From contig OX597814.1 in assembly GCA_951406725.2 (NCBI GenBank), positions 146,878,001 to 146,942,000 on the forward strand: 64,000 nt of DNA, read 5' to 3'. The DNA is from Octopus vulgaris. Lineage: Eukaryota. Shown piece after piece: positions 39,606 through 51,189 of the stretch; position 1 is the stretch's first letter, and each line of letters starts with the position of its first letter. The notes below the pieces were generated by a model, which was not told the DNA's origin, did no database searches, and was given only the letters and a program-made list of their open reading frames with translations. The position numbers and the translations under genes were made by a program.

Positions 39606-40977
39606 ACGTTCAACATTTTCTATTGCTTTTTTCTTAGCCACTAAGATATAGGGTCGTAAACAAACCAACACCATATGCCAATCAAGAATGAAGGACAAAA
39701 GACAAAGACACACACATGAATACATACGCACATCTCTTTCTTTGTCTCTCTTTTGCCTTCCTTACTCTCTATTTCTCTCTTACCCTGTCTAAGAATTTTC
39801 TCTGCGTTGCTCCTGTCCCTCTGATCTCTACCACACTTTCTCTCTCCTCTTCTAACTAGCTTTTGGCCCGTGGACATTTTCCTTTGTTTTTCCCTATATT
39901 TGCCTGTCAGTTTTCGTTCTATATGTATAATTGTTTCAAGGCATTGTTTTTTCGTTGTACATGTATGATTATTTCATTTTGTTCACATATCCACATTCTG
40001 TCGTCATTTGTTTTCGTCATTCACTTGTACGTAAGTTAGTTATTTGTTGAGACTTTTCGGCGCTCGTGCCACAAAGCTGAATAATATCACTGTTACAGGC
40101 ACGAAAATGTTATAATCTCTAGAGGAATGACTCATGAAGAATTAGCGACATCTTTTAAACGTACTTTTCGGCTGTTGCGTTTCTGTTAAACTTTCATATA
40201 TATGTGCGTGTGTGTGTGTGAGTGTGCGCCTGTGTGTGTCTGTGTCTGTGTAAGATGTGTTTCTTTGAGATTGCATCCACAAAGCTCATATGTATTGCTT
40301 AGAGCGGGGCTGTGTTTATAATACATGGAACTTGCTGTATGTACCATCGCCATGCTGTGGGACTGAACCAAAACCACGTAGTTGGGAAGCAAACTCGTTA
40401 CCACGCAGTAACACCTGCGATTATTTATAAGTATTGTTATTTGCTTTTTTATAATCATCAGTAATATTCTGATTTGTCGCATTATAGATATCCGTTATTA
40501 TTCGAATGATTATATGTGTTAGTAATTTCTGTAATTCAGGGTTGCTTACAGCATACGTGGTAATTTTATAAATGTTTGAGCAATCAATTCAACGTCCTAA
40601 ATTAACTTTTAGTCTGTCTGAGAGTTTCTTTAAAAAGTTACATTTTATATAGTATTTGTATCTGACGGATTATACATGCATATGTGAATTCATATATGCA
40701 TGCACATACACGCGAGCATCCACGCATGCATATAGATGTATGCACTCACATACTCTCACACAAATACACTACACATATACATACACACATTTACATGAAT
40801 ATATATGTATGTCCATATGTATATATGTATACACACGCATATTCATGCATATATGCATATGTATAGTGAGAGAGAGAGTGAGAGAGAGCGAAATGAAGGG
40901 GTAAAGAATGAAATAAGAACTGAAGTAGGTGGATAGAGAGGTATATCAATAGGATGGATATTGGATGTGCTTAAATT

Positions 40978-41196
40978 ACTCTTTTACTTGTTTCAGTCAT
41001 GCTGGAGCACCGCCTTTACTTGAGCATATTGACCCCAGGACTTATTCTTTGTAAGCCTAGTACTTATTCCATCGGTCACTTTTGCCGACACGCTAATTTA
41101 CGAGGTTGTAAACACACCAGCATCGGTGGTCAATCGATCTTGGGGGACAAACACAGACACAAAAACATACACAAACACACACACATATATATATAT

Positions 41197-41251
<55 letters not shown>

Positions 41252-41411
41252 CAGGCGTCTTTCAGTTTCCGTCTACCAAATCCACTCACAAGGCTTTGGT
41301 TGGCCCGAGGCTATTGTAGAAGACACTTGCCCAAAGTGCCACGCAGTAGGACTGAACTCGGAACCATGTGGTTGGTAAGCAAGCTATTTATCATACACCC
41401 ACTCCTGCGCC
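40978..41411 (-). mobile_element. tRNA-derived SINE (family A, CORE-like), near full length
   Basis: Minus strand: GGCGCAGGAGTGG..GAGTTCAGTCC (B-box), CTTTGGGCAAGTGTCTTC core, internal (TA)/(TG) microsatellite, LINE-like tail GGCGGTGCTCCAGCATG..CTGAAACAAG. Confidence 0.9.
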
Positions 41412-41756
41412 TATGAAATTTTTATGATTTATCTCTGAAAATAAATTTTTACGAAAACTAATGCTGATTGATAGATTTAGTAATTGCATTATTTTAGTAT
41501 TTTTGAATATATTTAAAAGATAACTTTGACGATAATACATAACTATTGCCTGATGTAGTGAAGAACTTTAATGAAAATCATCATACTGTGATAAGTTCCT
41601 ACATCTTCAGAGAAATAAACGTCCAACTGCAGCACATACCGAGTGAAAAAATCTGCAGATTAGAATAGAGGACTCTAGAACACATAAGATGCATATGGTA
41701 GAACAGTTAACATTATTTATTGCATGTAACGTACATCGATATTGCTCTGTTGCATT

Positions 41757-42503
41757 AAGGCGGCGAGCTGGCAGAACAGTTAGTTCGCTGGGCTAAACGC
41801 TTAGCAGCATTTCATCCGCCTTTACATTCTGAGTTCAAATTCCGCCGAGGTTGACTTTGTCTTTCATCCTTTCGGTATCGATTAGTTAGTTAGTTAGTTA
41901 GTTAGTTAATTTGGCTCAAAAGCAAATAGCAAGGCCATGTAGGGGGACATGGAGTTAAGTACAGGGTGGTGTTCATGTAAAGAGTTCAGGCCACTTGAGG
42001 TCCAGGGAGGCTTTGAACAAAGCGGTCGTCGGCATCTTCACCATCTCGTCTGGCAGCTTGTTCCACGGATCCGCAACCCGGACGGAGAAAGCTCCTCTCC
42101 TTCGATTGAGATGAAATCGTCGCAGGTAGAGCTTTTCGGAATGACCCCGCAGCCGACGCTCCGGAGCAGGAGTGAAGAACAGCTCTTTCGAGAGGTTACA
42201 CTTCCCGCTTATGATGTTGTGGGCGAGAATGAGATCACCACGGCGGCGGCGTTTTTCAAGAGAATAAAGGTCGAGTTCCTCAGCCTTTCTTCGTAGGACA
42301 AATTTTTGAGACCATGAACCAGGCGGGTAGCCAGCCTCTGGACTCTTTCGAGGTGCTGTATGTCTTTGAGGAGATAAGGAGAAGAGGCTTGAATCCCATA
42401 CTCCAATATGGGTCTCATAAGTAACAGTTATGCAATGGGGTGTCGATGTAGTCGACTAGCCCCTTACCCAAATTTCATGTCTTGTACCTACAGTAGAAAG
42501 GAT
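41757..42503 (+). mobile_element. SINE (family C, Nin/Deu-domain-like) split by a LINE insertion
   Basis: GGCGGCGAGCTGGCAGAA..GAGTTCAAATTCCGCCGAGG..CTTTCATCCTTTCGGTATCGAT (to 41882) resumes as AAGTAACAGTT..GGGGTGTCGAT (from ~42418). Confidence 0.82.
41883..42417 (-). mobile_element. 5'-truncated CR1/L2-group LINE 3' end with (CTAA)n tail
   Basis: RPILEYG..PYLLKDIQHLERVQRLATRLV.GLKNLSYEERL, then RRGDLI and FSVRVADPWNKLP in shifted frames; (TTAG)n at 41882-41907. Confidence 0.9.
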
Positions 42504-42916
42504 ATCACTGCGTTGCATCAGAATTGCACCACTACCAAGATTGCAACCACGTGAAACAAACTTACTTAACTGTGTGTTAGTAAACGGCTTTTTGTGGGGT
42601 AGCGGTTTCAGATTCAGCACAGGATTTTAGATAAAGCGAATTGATAGAGTTGCTCTGAAATAAATATATCGATATATTTAAAAATTAATTTGTTTTATAT
42701 TTATGCTTATAAAAGGAGTCCAATTTACACACAGGCATATGCGCACGTTCACGAAAGCACCTACGCACCTACTAGAATATTAACTAACGCAGGATCTATC
42801 TATTCACCTCTCTCCACCTGCTGCTTGTTGTATGATTGTATATATGTATGTATGTATGGATGGATGGATGGATGGATAGATGGATGTGCAAATGTATGTA
42901 TGTGAGCGAGTTTGTG

Positions 42917-42949
<33 letters not shown>

Positions 42950-43645
42950 ATATGTATATTAATATACATATTTGTTAATATATATACCCATATGCATATA
43001 TATGTATATGTATATATATATTTATATATATCAATGTGTATAAGTGTGTATATCAATATATGCATATATGTGTAAGTATATGTATATAGATGGGTGTTTA
43101 TGAGTGTATACACAAACACATGCACACGCAGTAATACTACTTTATATAATTATATCATTTGGTTAGTTGTAAATACAATGTTCATGCATTTATTTATTTT
43201 CTTTTTCATTTTCCCAGTTTAACGCAATAATATCGACTGAAGAGAAACTTATTCTTAATCTTTCTCTCTGATCTTTGATGAAATTTCAAAGACATCTTTA
43301 CATTCTTGGATTAAACAGAAGTAATCGGATTACTTTCTAACTCATCTGATTTCACACTAAATCGTAAATAAACAGTCACCTATTTTTTTATATTCGTATG
43401 TACGTGTTTCTGTAAGTATGTGGATACTTATATGTATATGTGTGTCCATATGTGTGCATATATATATATGTCTGAGTATATATACACATACATAGGAGGT
43501 GTGTTTATATTGTGCCTGCATCTCTGCGTTTGTGTTATATTAAATCTGCAATGAACGATTTTACTTTTTATTACTACTAATACATACTTGTTGATGCAGG
43601 AAATTCAATCTGTCAATCAACATTAAAATTATATATATACATACA

Positions 43646-43729
<84 letters not shown>

Positions 43730-44006
43730 CTTCAGAAATTGTGTTCTTTTAAATCAAACTCTGGGATTCTCAAAAAAGTGTAGTTAGTTATCACTCAAAA
43801 TTTTCTACACTACATCACGTTATTTATATTTTATTCTCATAACATTTATGACGTATTTTATTCAATCTTGCGCAGAAAATTTCAATTTCCTATGTAATAT
43901 CTATCGATTTGTATAAATACACACACGCGGGCACGCACACATACACAGATATGTATATATAAATGATACAGATTTTAAGAAACAACGACCGTATTTGTGT
44001 TAAGGG

Positions 44007-47000
44007 GAAAGTAGAACAAAATGAAGAAAATGCACACCAGGTTTGAGTGTAATAGCTTTTTTTTAGAATATATGGGTTGAAGTTATATTAAGATGCGTAG
44101 GGATAATTATGAAATGTCATACCGGTTTTGCGATAGGTGGTCAGTGATTGTAAATCAACACCGTTTGCCAACCGGTGTTGAGTATAATCATATACCTAAG
44201 TGAAAAACATGGATGTAAGGGAACTAAACATTTCTGAAAGTGATGTACATACAATTACTGGAACTTAAGGTAGTATCTGAGATATACATAAGGTTATTGA
44301 TAATAGGTAGGATAGTAGTGTCCTGTATTGAGTTGTTTGTTCATATTAATTTGTCGTTGATATTTATCAATAAAAGTTGCCTCTCTATTTAATTTTGTTG
44401 CACTGAGGCATCCTGGGAACATTGGTGAAAAGGAAACATTAGGTAGTTTGTTTTGAAGTTCTTAGAACGTCTGTCTATGTGTACACTGACCTGTATCTGT
44501 CGATATTGTGGTAAGCGGATTTGTTCCTTGTGTAGCGTTGTTTTTCGTCTGAGGGACATTCGTGCTTGTCATATATAGTGGTATCTGCAACCTCAGTAGG
44601 TAATGACATAAATTAAATTTTCAGAGTCACAGGTAAAAAGTTACCTTTATTTTAAATATTTCACCTTGTTTGAAGTGAAATTCCGCACCCTTCAAATGGT
44701 GGGGGTATGTGCCATAGTTAAGACGTCCGCATTCCTCAAGTTTTGGCTCCTTTGCTAAGGGATATAAGTTTGCGCCGGTTAGTATTCTTTTCAATTATTC
44801 CGATTGTATTTTGCTCTTGATATATTTGTGTTAATCCAAAATTTCGTTCCTTGTCTCTTGTGAGAATAGATAGATTTTGGAGGATGATATTAAATGCATC
44901 ATTGTTTCTTGGGTTGTGTGTGGAGATATAAGGATGTACTTTTAAATCTGGTGTGACGTGATGTTTCGGTTAATTTTCCTTAATGTCTATATGTCTATAT
45001 TCTTTGCTCGTTTGATCCCATTATCTATAAATGATATGGAATAATGTCTCCTGGTTAGTTCACGGAGACTAAGTTCACATGTATTGCTATTCGCACTTAT
45101 GGTACAGATTCTTTTCGGTAGATTATAAGGTATATTAATTTTTAAATGTTATGAGTTGAATAATATATATTGTTTTGAATCTGTGTGTTTATATAAGATA
45201 TCCGTTTCAATGTGGTTATTGACTATTTTAATTACAATGTCAAAAAGAGTCGTTGTTTATTGCAGTGTCGAATGATGAATTGTATGTTTCTATTGATATT
45301 GTTAATCATTATTTTGAAAACGAGGATTTTGTCCATATTTTCGTTCCAAAGTATAAAACAATAATCCAAGTACCTTTTCCAGTGGTCCTTTAAATAGAAA
45401 TACGGTCCCTTCACTTATTGTTTTCGGGAGATGGTTAAACATGTCTAGATCATCTCTGGTAGAACTTTCAACAATTTCAAAAATGGATCAAGTAGGATGC
45501 TGAGGAAATAGCTCAAACTGTGAGTTTCACAAGCTGGGCCAGCAATGATGGGTCTTAGTTTGAGGTCAGTGGAGAGGGTGACATTAATGTATAAGTTTGA
45601 TGATTCTTTGCAAGATTAATTTTTGAACTTTTATGTATTTTGAGTATAGCGTAGAAAAGACTTGGTTTTTATTTGAAATTGGATAGATAGTCGATTTCTT
45701 TTTTTGTAAAGTCCTTGCCATCTATTTGTATTATCGGAGATAAGTTTCTTTAATGTCGTCTATGGTTTATAGTTCTCTATCTTCTCATAGTAGGTATTGT
45801 TTTCCAACATGGATAGTATTACACTTTTATAGTACTCTGTGTCCATCACTGCTACACATTTCTTTTATCGGCTTTTTTATAATCAGACTTATATCATTTT
45901 GTAACTCGATTAGGTGTTTCCGTTCCTTTGAGTTGAGGTTGGATTTCTTTGTTTTTGTAGAGCATTCAATGGAAAATTGATAATGTCTTCACAAAAGTCA
46001 TCAAGTGCTTTATTTCTACTTATTGTTGGAAAGAATTCGGTTTTGTCTTTCACTAGTCAGTCATCTTTGTTTTTGTAGTTACGAAGTGTTTTTATGTAAC
46101 GTAATTTTCGGAAGAAATTCATAATATTTTCCTTGGCTTCATTCTGGTTAGTTTTGCGAGGGGTTGGTGTAAAATTCAAACCTTTCGCTAAAATATTAGT
46201 TCGTGTGTTCATCAGAATTTTCTTTGATAGATTGATTACTTTTAGTTCTTCGTGTATGTTTTGTTCGACTTTACGCCTCTGTTTCTCTAATTTAGGTCTA
46301 AAAGATGTTTGTAGAAGGGGGAATGTTGTGGGAGGTCTGTATTGTATTTAGTTGTGTGTGGAAAAATTGGGTGAGAGGGACGTCTGTGGTAGTATGTTTG
46401 CTGTGGTCTGACTGTGTAGTGGACAAGATTATGGTTATTCTGAGGGTAACTATAGTTAATGTGGTTTAGGTTAGATTTATTAATTTTGTTATGAGGGAAG
46501 ATGTGAAAGTTATGTTGTCTGATTGTGTCTTGTTGGGCCTTTAAAGTATCCTTGTTAAGAGTTAAGTCTCGGGGGCAAATTTTCCAATTGCATGTTAACT
46601 GATGGGGCGGGGGGGGGGATTGTTAGGTAATGGTTCTTGAAAATTTTGGTTAGCTGGAAGATTTGTAGGGGACCTTTAAAATGACGGATTTTCTATTTTA
46701 AGTGGATGTCTTATTAGTAGTGTGAAAGCGGTTTGCTGGTAATTGAAAGGTATGTTCAGGGTTCAGTAGCGTTGTGTCCCCTAGATTGTCTCTTGTTTGA
46801 GGTACGAAAATGTGAAGTCATTTCTGAGTGGGTTTTCGTTTTCTTTTTCTTCAGCAAGGGGTTATCCGAAATGTATTCTGTGTATGAACTGTATTTCATA
46901 AGTTTGGAAGAAGTTAACATGTTTTTCCCAGTGTTGTAGGGAATTGATTTCTTCACCTTCACATGTTGTTTCTATAGTTTGAAAACACTATCCAAGAGTT

Positions 47001-47612
47001 GTCCATTAGAATGTTTACTTAGTTCAGAAGACATTTGCTCATTCATGTTTTAAAGTTTTTGCTCATTGTTTATAGCTCTGAGTTAAAATATTCGATTTCT
47101 GTCTTAATTTTTTCTACAGGTAATTTCTCCCTTTGTTTTCATTGTTGGTCCTGTCCGTTTAGAATTGTTTTAATTTGAAATATACGTGGCAGGATTAGTG
47201 GAGGTGAAGTTAACCAACGTTCATATATTTTTCTGCCTTGTAGTTATTTCTAATCATAATCCAGAATAAGAATTTTCTGGCCTTTAGCTTCTCGTCCCAG
47301 AAGTGGTTAAGGCAGGTTTTCATTGAGTGTGTTAACGCGGTGTGGCTCTATAGTGTGTATCGTTTGCATGAGGATTTTCATTTGCACATCTATTTATATT
47401 TTTTTCATTTAGGTATATATTTATACGCAGTAACACTTGACAACAACTTGATTCACAGTCAGTGACCAGCTATAGGCAAACCGTTGTGGCTTTCTGTAAT
47501 GATTTTTACACATTTTATTATAATTTCAAACCATTTGTTTGTAAATATATATGCTTAAAAAGCCGTTATACACATACCTAGCGTGAATTTACTTTATTTC
47601 TTTCTACTTTTC
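44007..47612 (-). mobile_element. Near full-length decayed Penelope-like element (RT + GIY-YIG) with inverted terminal repeats
   Basis: Minus: LAKGLNFTPTP (~46160-46195), LRPIIAGPACETH (~45520-45560), WKRYLDYCFILW, TDILYKHTDSKQY, and GIY-YIG CDSENLIYVITY*GC..YI..SLRRK..HKEQIR (~44515-44630). Imperfect IR 44007-44158 vs 47448-47612. Confidence 0.88.
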
Positions 47613-47613
47613 A

Positions 47614-47672
<59 letters not shown>

Positions 47673-47714
47673 TATATATATGCATATATACTACATGTAG
47701 AGAGAGAAATGCAA

Positions 47715-47748
<34 letters not shown>

Positions 47749-47817
47749 CACTACACTACACACAGATATGTACGTGCGCACACAGACGCATGCACATACA
47801 CAGGTATGCACACACGC

Positions 47818-47848
<31 letters not shown>

Positions 47849-48271
47849 TTAACTTATATGTATAGACGAATGAGTGGGAAAGGAAAGCGAGTACATTTAG
47901 AAGGACTGGCATATATTATTTGATAACAGATTAATTCATATCTACGCAACTCAAATTTTCACAACTCGACAAACGTACACACTTCGTGAAAGATAGCCAA
48001 ATGCGTGGAAGAATTCCATGACTTTATGATGGCTAATTGGTTCTAGTCTGGTATTTGTGAAGTTAATCACATTTGTTGCTGTTAGTTTCGATACGTCAGC
48101 GATATCATGTAAAAGAAAAACAATATTCGTACGGAATGGTTGTAGAGGATGTTAGCGGAAATTAAGTCATATTGTTATTTTATGCATTATTTAACCAGTT
48201 TCAAATAAATAATTAGCTTTTAGACTGTTCGCACACACACACACACACACACATACGCACACGCACACACA

Positions 48272-48326
<55 letters not shown>

Positions 48327-48331
48327 ACACA

Positions 48332-49546
48332 CAGGGCGCGTAAGATAGTTCAGAATAGATTTATATTTATAAAAAGCAGATATAAAACTACAGATAACTA
48401 TATTTATCAAAAAATGCTATGAGGAGGAAAATACACCTTCTTTTCTATAATGATATTCAGTAAAGCCACCTTCAGCTTCAACAACCGCTTCTACATGAGA
48501 TCTAAATCCTCTATATACTCCAATCAAGTGGGTCTGGTCAATTTTGGACATTACTCTGTCTATAACAGCTTGGTGTTATGGGAGTGTTCATTGACCTCTC
48601 TCTCCCTCTCTCTCTTTCTCTCTCTCACTTTCTCTCTCTCTCTTAACAACGCTCCACAAGAGATAGTCCAATGGACTGAGATCTGGGAAATTAGGAGGCC
48701 AAATGTTAGGGTTTGTGTCATGAAAATTTTCAGCCATCCATTCCTGTTTTAATAGAGCCATGTGTGATAGTGCAGAGTTTTATTGAAACACGTATGGCCT
48801 TCCATAGCATACACTGACCCAGGGCTTAACAATTATTTCCAAGACCTCAATGTAGGCGGCAGACTTAACTCTAAGGCCTTACTGACAACCCCTACCACCA
48901 TGACAATTGCAGGAAATATTGTATGCATAACACTCGGAACTTCAGAGGGATTAGCACATCACGGCCATTTCTTCTGTTACCTGGGTCGAAGTTTTCCTCG
49001 TTTGAGAATAACCAAATCAAATCCTCTGCTTGATTCTTCAGTTTCTTTAAGAGCCTTTTAGATTTGGTGTAGTGATTTTCTTTTGCTTTTACTGACAAAT
49101 AGAACTTTTCTCATCATATCTGATATCTTCGTGGACAAGATTTCTAACTGTTCCTACTGACACATGGAGATGTTTTGCAATTGGCCTCATGGACTTTCTG
49201 GGATTGTAATCAATGCTCCGCTGAGCCAGTTGGATAAATTCAGGTGTTCTGATGATTTCAGAGCGTTTATAATGCTTTTTATGCTTTGATATTGGTGATA
49301 CGTTTCCGTATTCAGTCTCTAGCTCCTTGCAAACTTTGTAGATGAAAGATCTGGTAGCTTTTAAAAATCGAGATATTTCTAAATCGCTATGTTCAGCCTT
49401 TATAACCAGAACAACAGCATACCTTTTCATTTCTTGAGTAAGCTGAGGGTCTGCCATAATCATTTTCTGAAACAAAGATGCAGAGTTAGCGAAAAATACA
49501 GCAATGACCCAAAACATGTATGTCGTGAAATACTTTACGCACCCTG
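48332..49546 (-). mobile_element. Tc1/mariner-superfamily (maT/DD37D-like) transposon, decayed, with both TIRs
   Basis: TIRs CAGGGCGCGTAAGATAGTTC / GAAATACTTTACGCACCCTG; HTH ORF 49089-49517 (NPRKSMRPIAKHLHVS); WPPNFPDLSPLDY at ~48660-48705. Confidence 0.88.
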
Positions 49547-49584
49547 TGTATATGTGTGTGCACGTGCGCGTGCGTACTCTTAAA

Positions 49585-49790
49585 TTAGATCTCAGGGAGA
49601 TTCAACGTAACATAGAATGAGATCGAGTTGGCCCTTTCAAATGCAGGTAATACTCGCGTTTGCCTGCTAAGTTGACTAGGCCAATGTGAAATAATGCGTC
49701 TTGCTGAAGGATACAAGGTGCCGCCGGTAAACGAACTCTCGACCTTACGATCGTGAGACAAATACTCATAGCCACTGAACCACGCGCCTT
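49585..49790 (-). mobile_element. Decayed tRNA-derived SINE
   Basis: Minus head GGCGCGTGGTTCAGTGGCTATGAG..GAGAGTTCG, then CCTTCAGCAAGACGC; head-to-head with 49801. Confidence 0.7.
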
Positions 49791-49800
49791 CGTGTGTGTA

Positions 49801-50130
49801 GGCATATGATTTAGTGGTTAGAGTATCGGGCTCACAATCATGAGGTAGTGATTTCGATTTCCAGACCCCAGTGTGTGTTGTGTTCTTGAGCAAGACATTT
49901 TATTGCTCGTTGCTCCAGCTCACTCAATTGTAGAAACGTGTTGCGACGTGACTGGTCCAAAACTACATCAGCCTTTGCCTCTCTGTTGGATGACATCAGT
50001 GGCTTTGAGAGGGGAGCCTGCTTTGCATGGGCGACTGCTGGTCTTCCATAAACAACCTTGCTCGGACTTGTGCCTGGTAGGGTAACTTGGTAGGTGCAAT
50101 CCCATGGTCAGTCATGACCGAATGGGGGTC
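49801..50130 (+). mobile_element. tRNA-derived SINE (family B)
   Basis: Colinear with 22139-22470. Confidence 0.87.
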
Positions 50131-50131
50131 A

Positions 50132-50168
<37 letters not shown>

Positions 50169-50195
50169 TTGTATGTATGTATGTATGTATGTATG

Positions 50196-50229
<34 letters not shown>

Positions 50230-50245
50230 TATTTGTATATGTATG

Positions 50246-50294
<49 letters not shown>

Positions 50295-50301
50295 ATATAT
50301 A

Positions 50302-50350
<49 letters not shown>

Positions 50351-50807
50351 CACATATACAAACAAAAATTTCAATTTTGTTCTTTTGTCCATTGAATATA
50401 TATCGTATGTTACTCTATATTCTGTACCATTATAATTACTTTTGAAAAAAACCTCGAATATTTATTTTCTCAGTTATGGAAATTTACTTCGAGCTTATTG
50501 AAATGTTATACTCTTCATTTTATAGAGCTTAAAGCCTCTAAAATATTTGAGATAAGAGGCAAACGTACAATCTCATTTTAAACAAATAAGTTTACTTGTT
50601 GAGGCATTCATAACATTATTCAGTAGATAATGTGTGACACACTCTCAAATCTTGTCTTGTATGGAGAGTTTTAATTCTGAATTCAAAATGGCAATAGATA
50701 TTAAAATGTAAATAAAATTTGAAAACAGAAATCTTTTCTGTATGCATTCGCCTTCTTATTCTCTATCACCTCTATCTCCTCTCCTTGTGTATGTTTGCGT
50801 GTTTGTG

Positions 50808-50881
<74 letters not shown>

Positions 50882-51189
50882 TTCACTAATCCGTTAAAAT
50901 ATGATCTACGAAATATGTACTCCATCCGGTGAGAAATAAGTATTGTTAAATGTACGCAGTTTATAGCTATGAACTACTAAAATTTTCATACATTGGAGAT
51001 GTATTCTTGGTAGGCTCATAATTATATATTGTGTAATTTAAACTACATATATATGTGTCCGTGTTGCTTTTTGAGTACATATGTGTATGTGTGTGTGTGT
51101 ATGCTCATATATATGTATAGTAAAATTACTTTGTGAATTGTATAGGTAGTAGTTTGAAGTGCTTAGATAAATGCCCGAGACACAAGATA

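Noticed and set aside
41882-41907. (TTAG)n as interstitial telomere
   Set aside because: It is not TTAGGG or TTAGG; it is the 3' tail of the adjacent LINE.
41949-42296. 115-aa plus-strand ORF (likewise 25528-25899, 3569-3889, 5247-5693)
   Set aside because: These are antisense shadows of LINE coding sequence.
49841-49850. let-7-like TGAGGTAGT
   Set aside because: It lies within a SINE tRNA head; the remainder does not match let-7 and I see no precursor hairpin.
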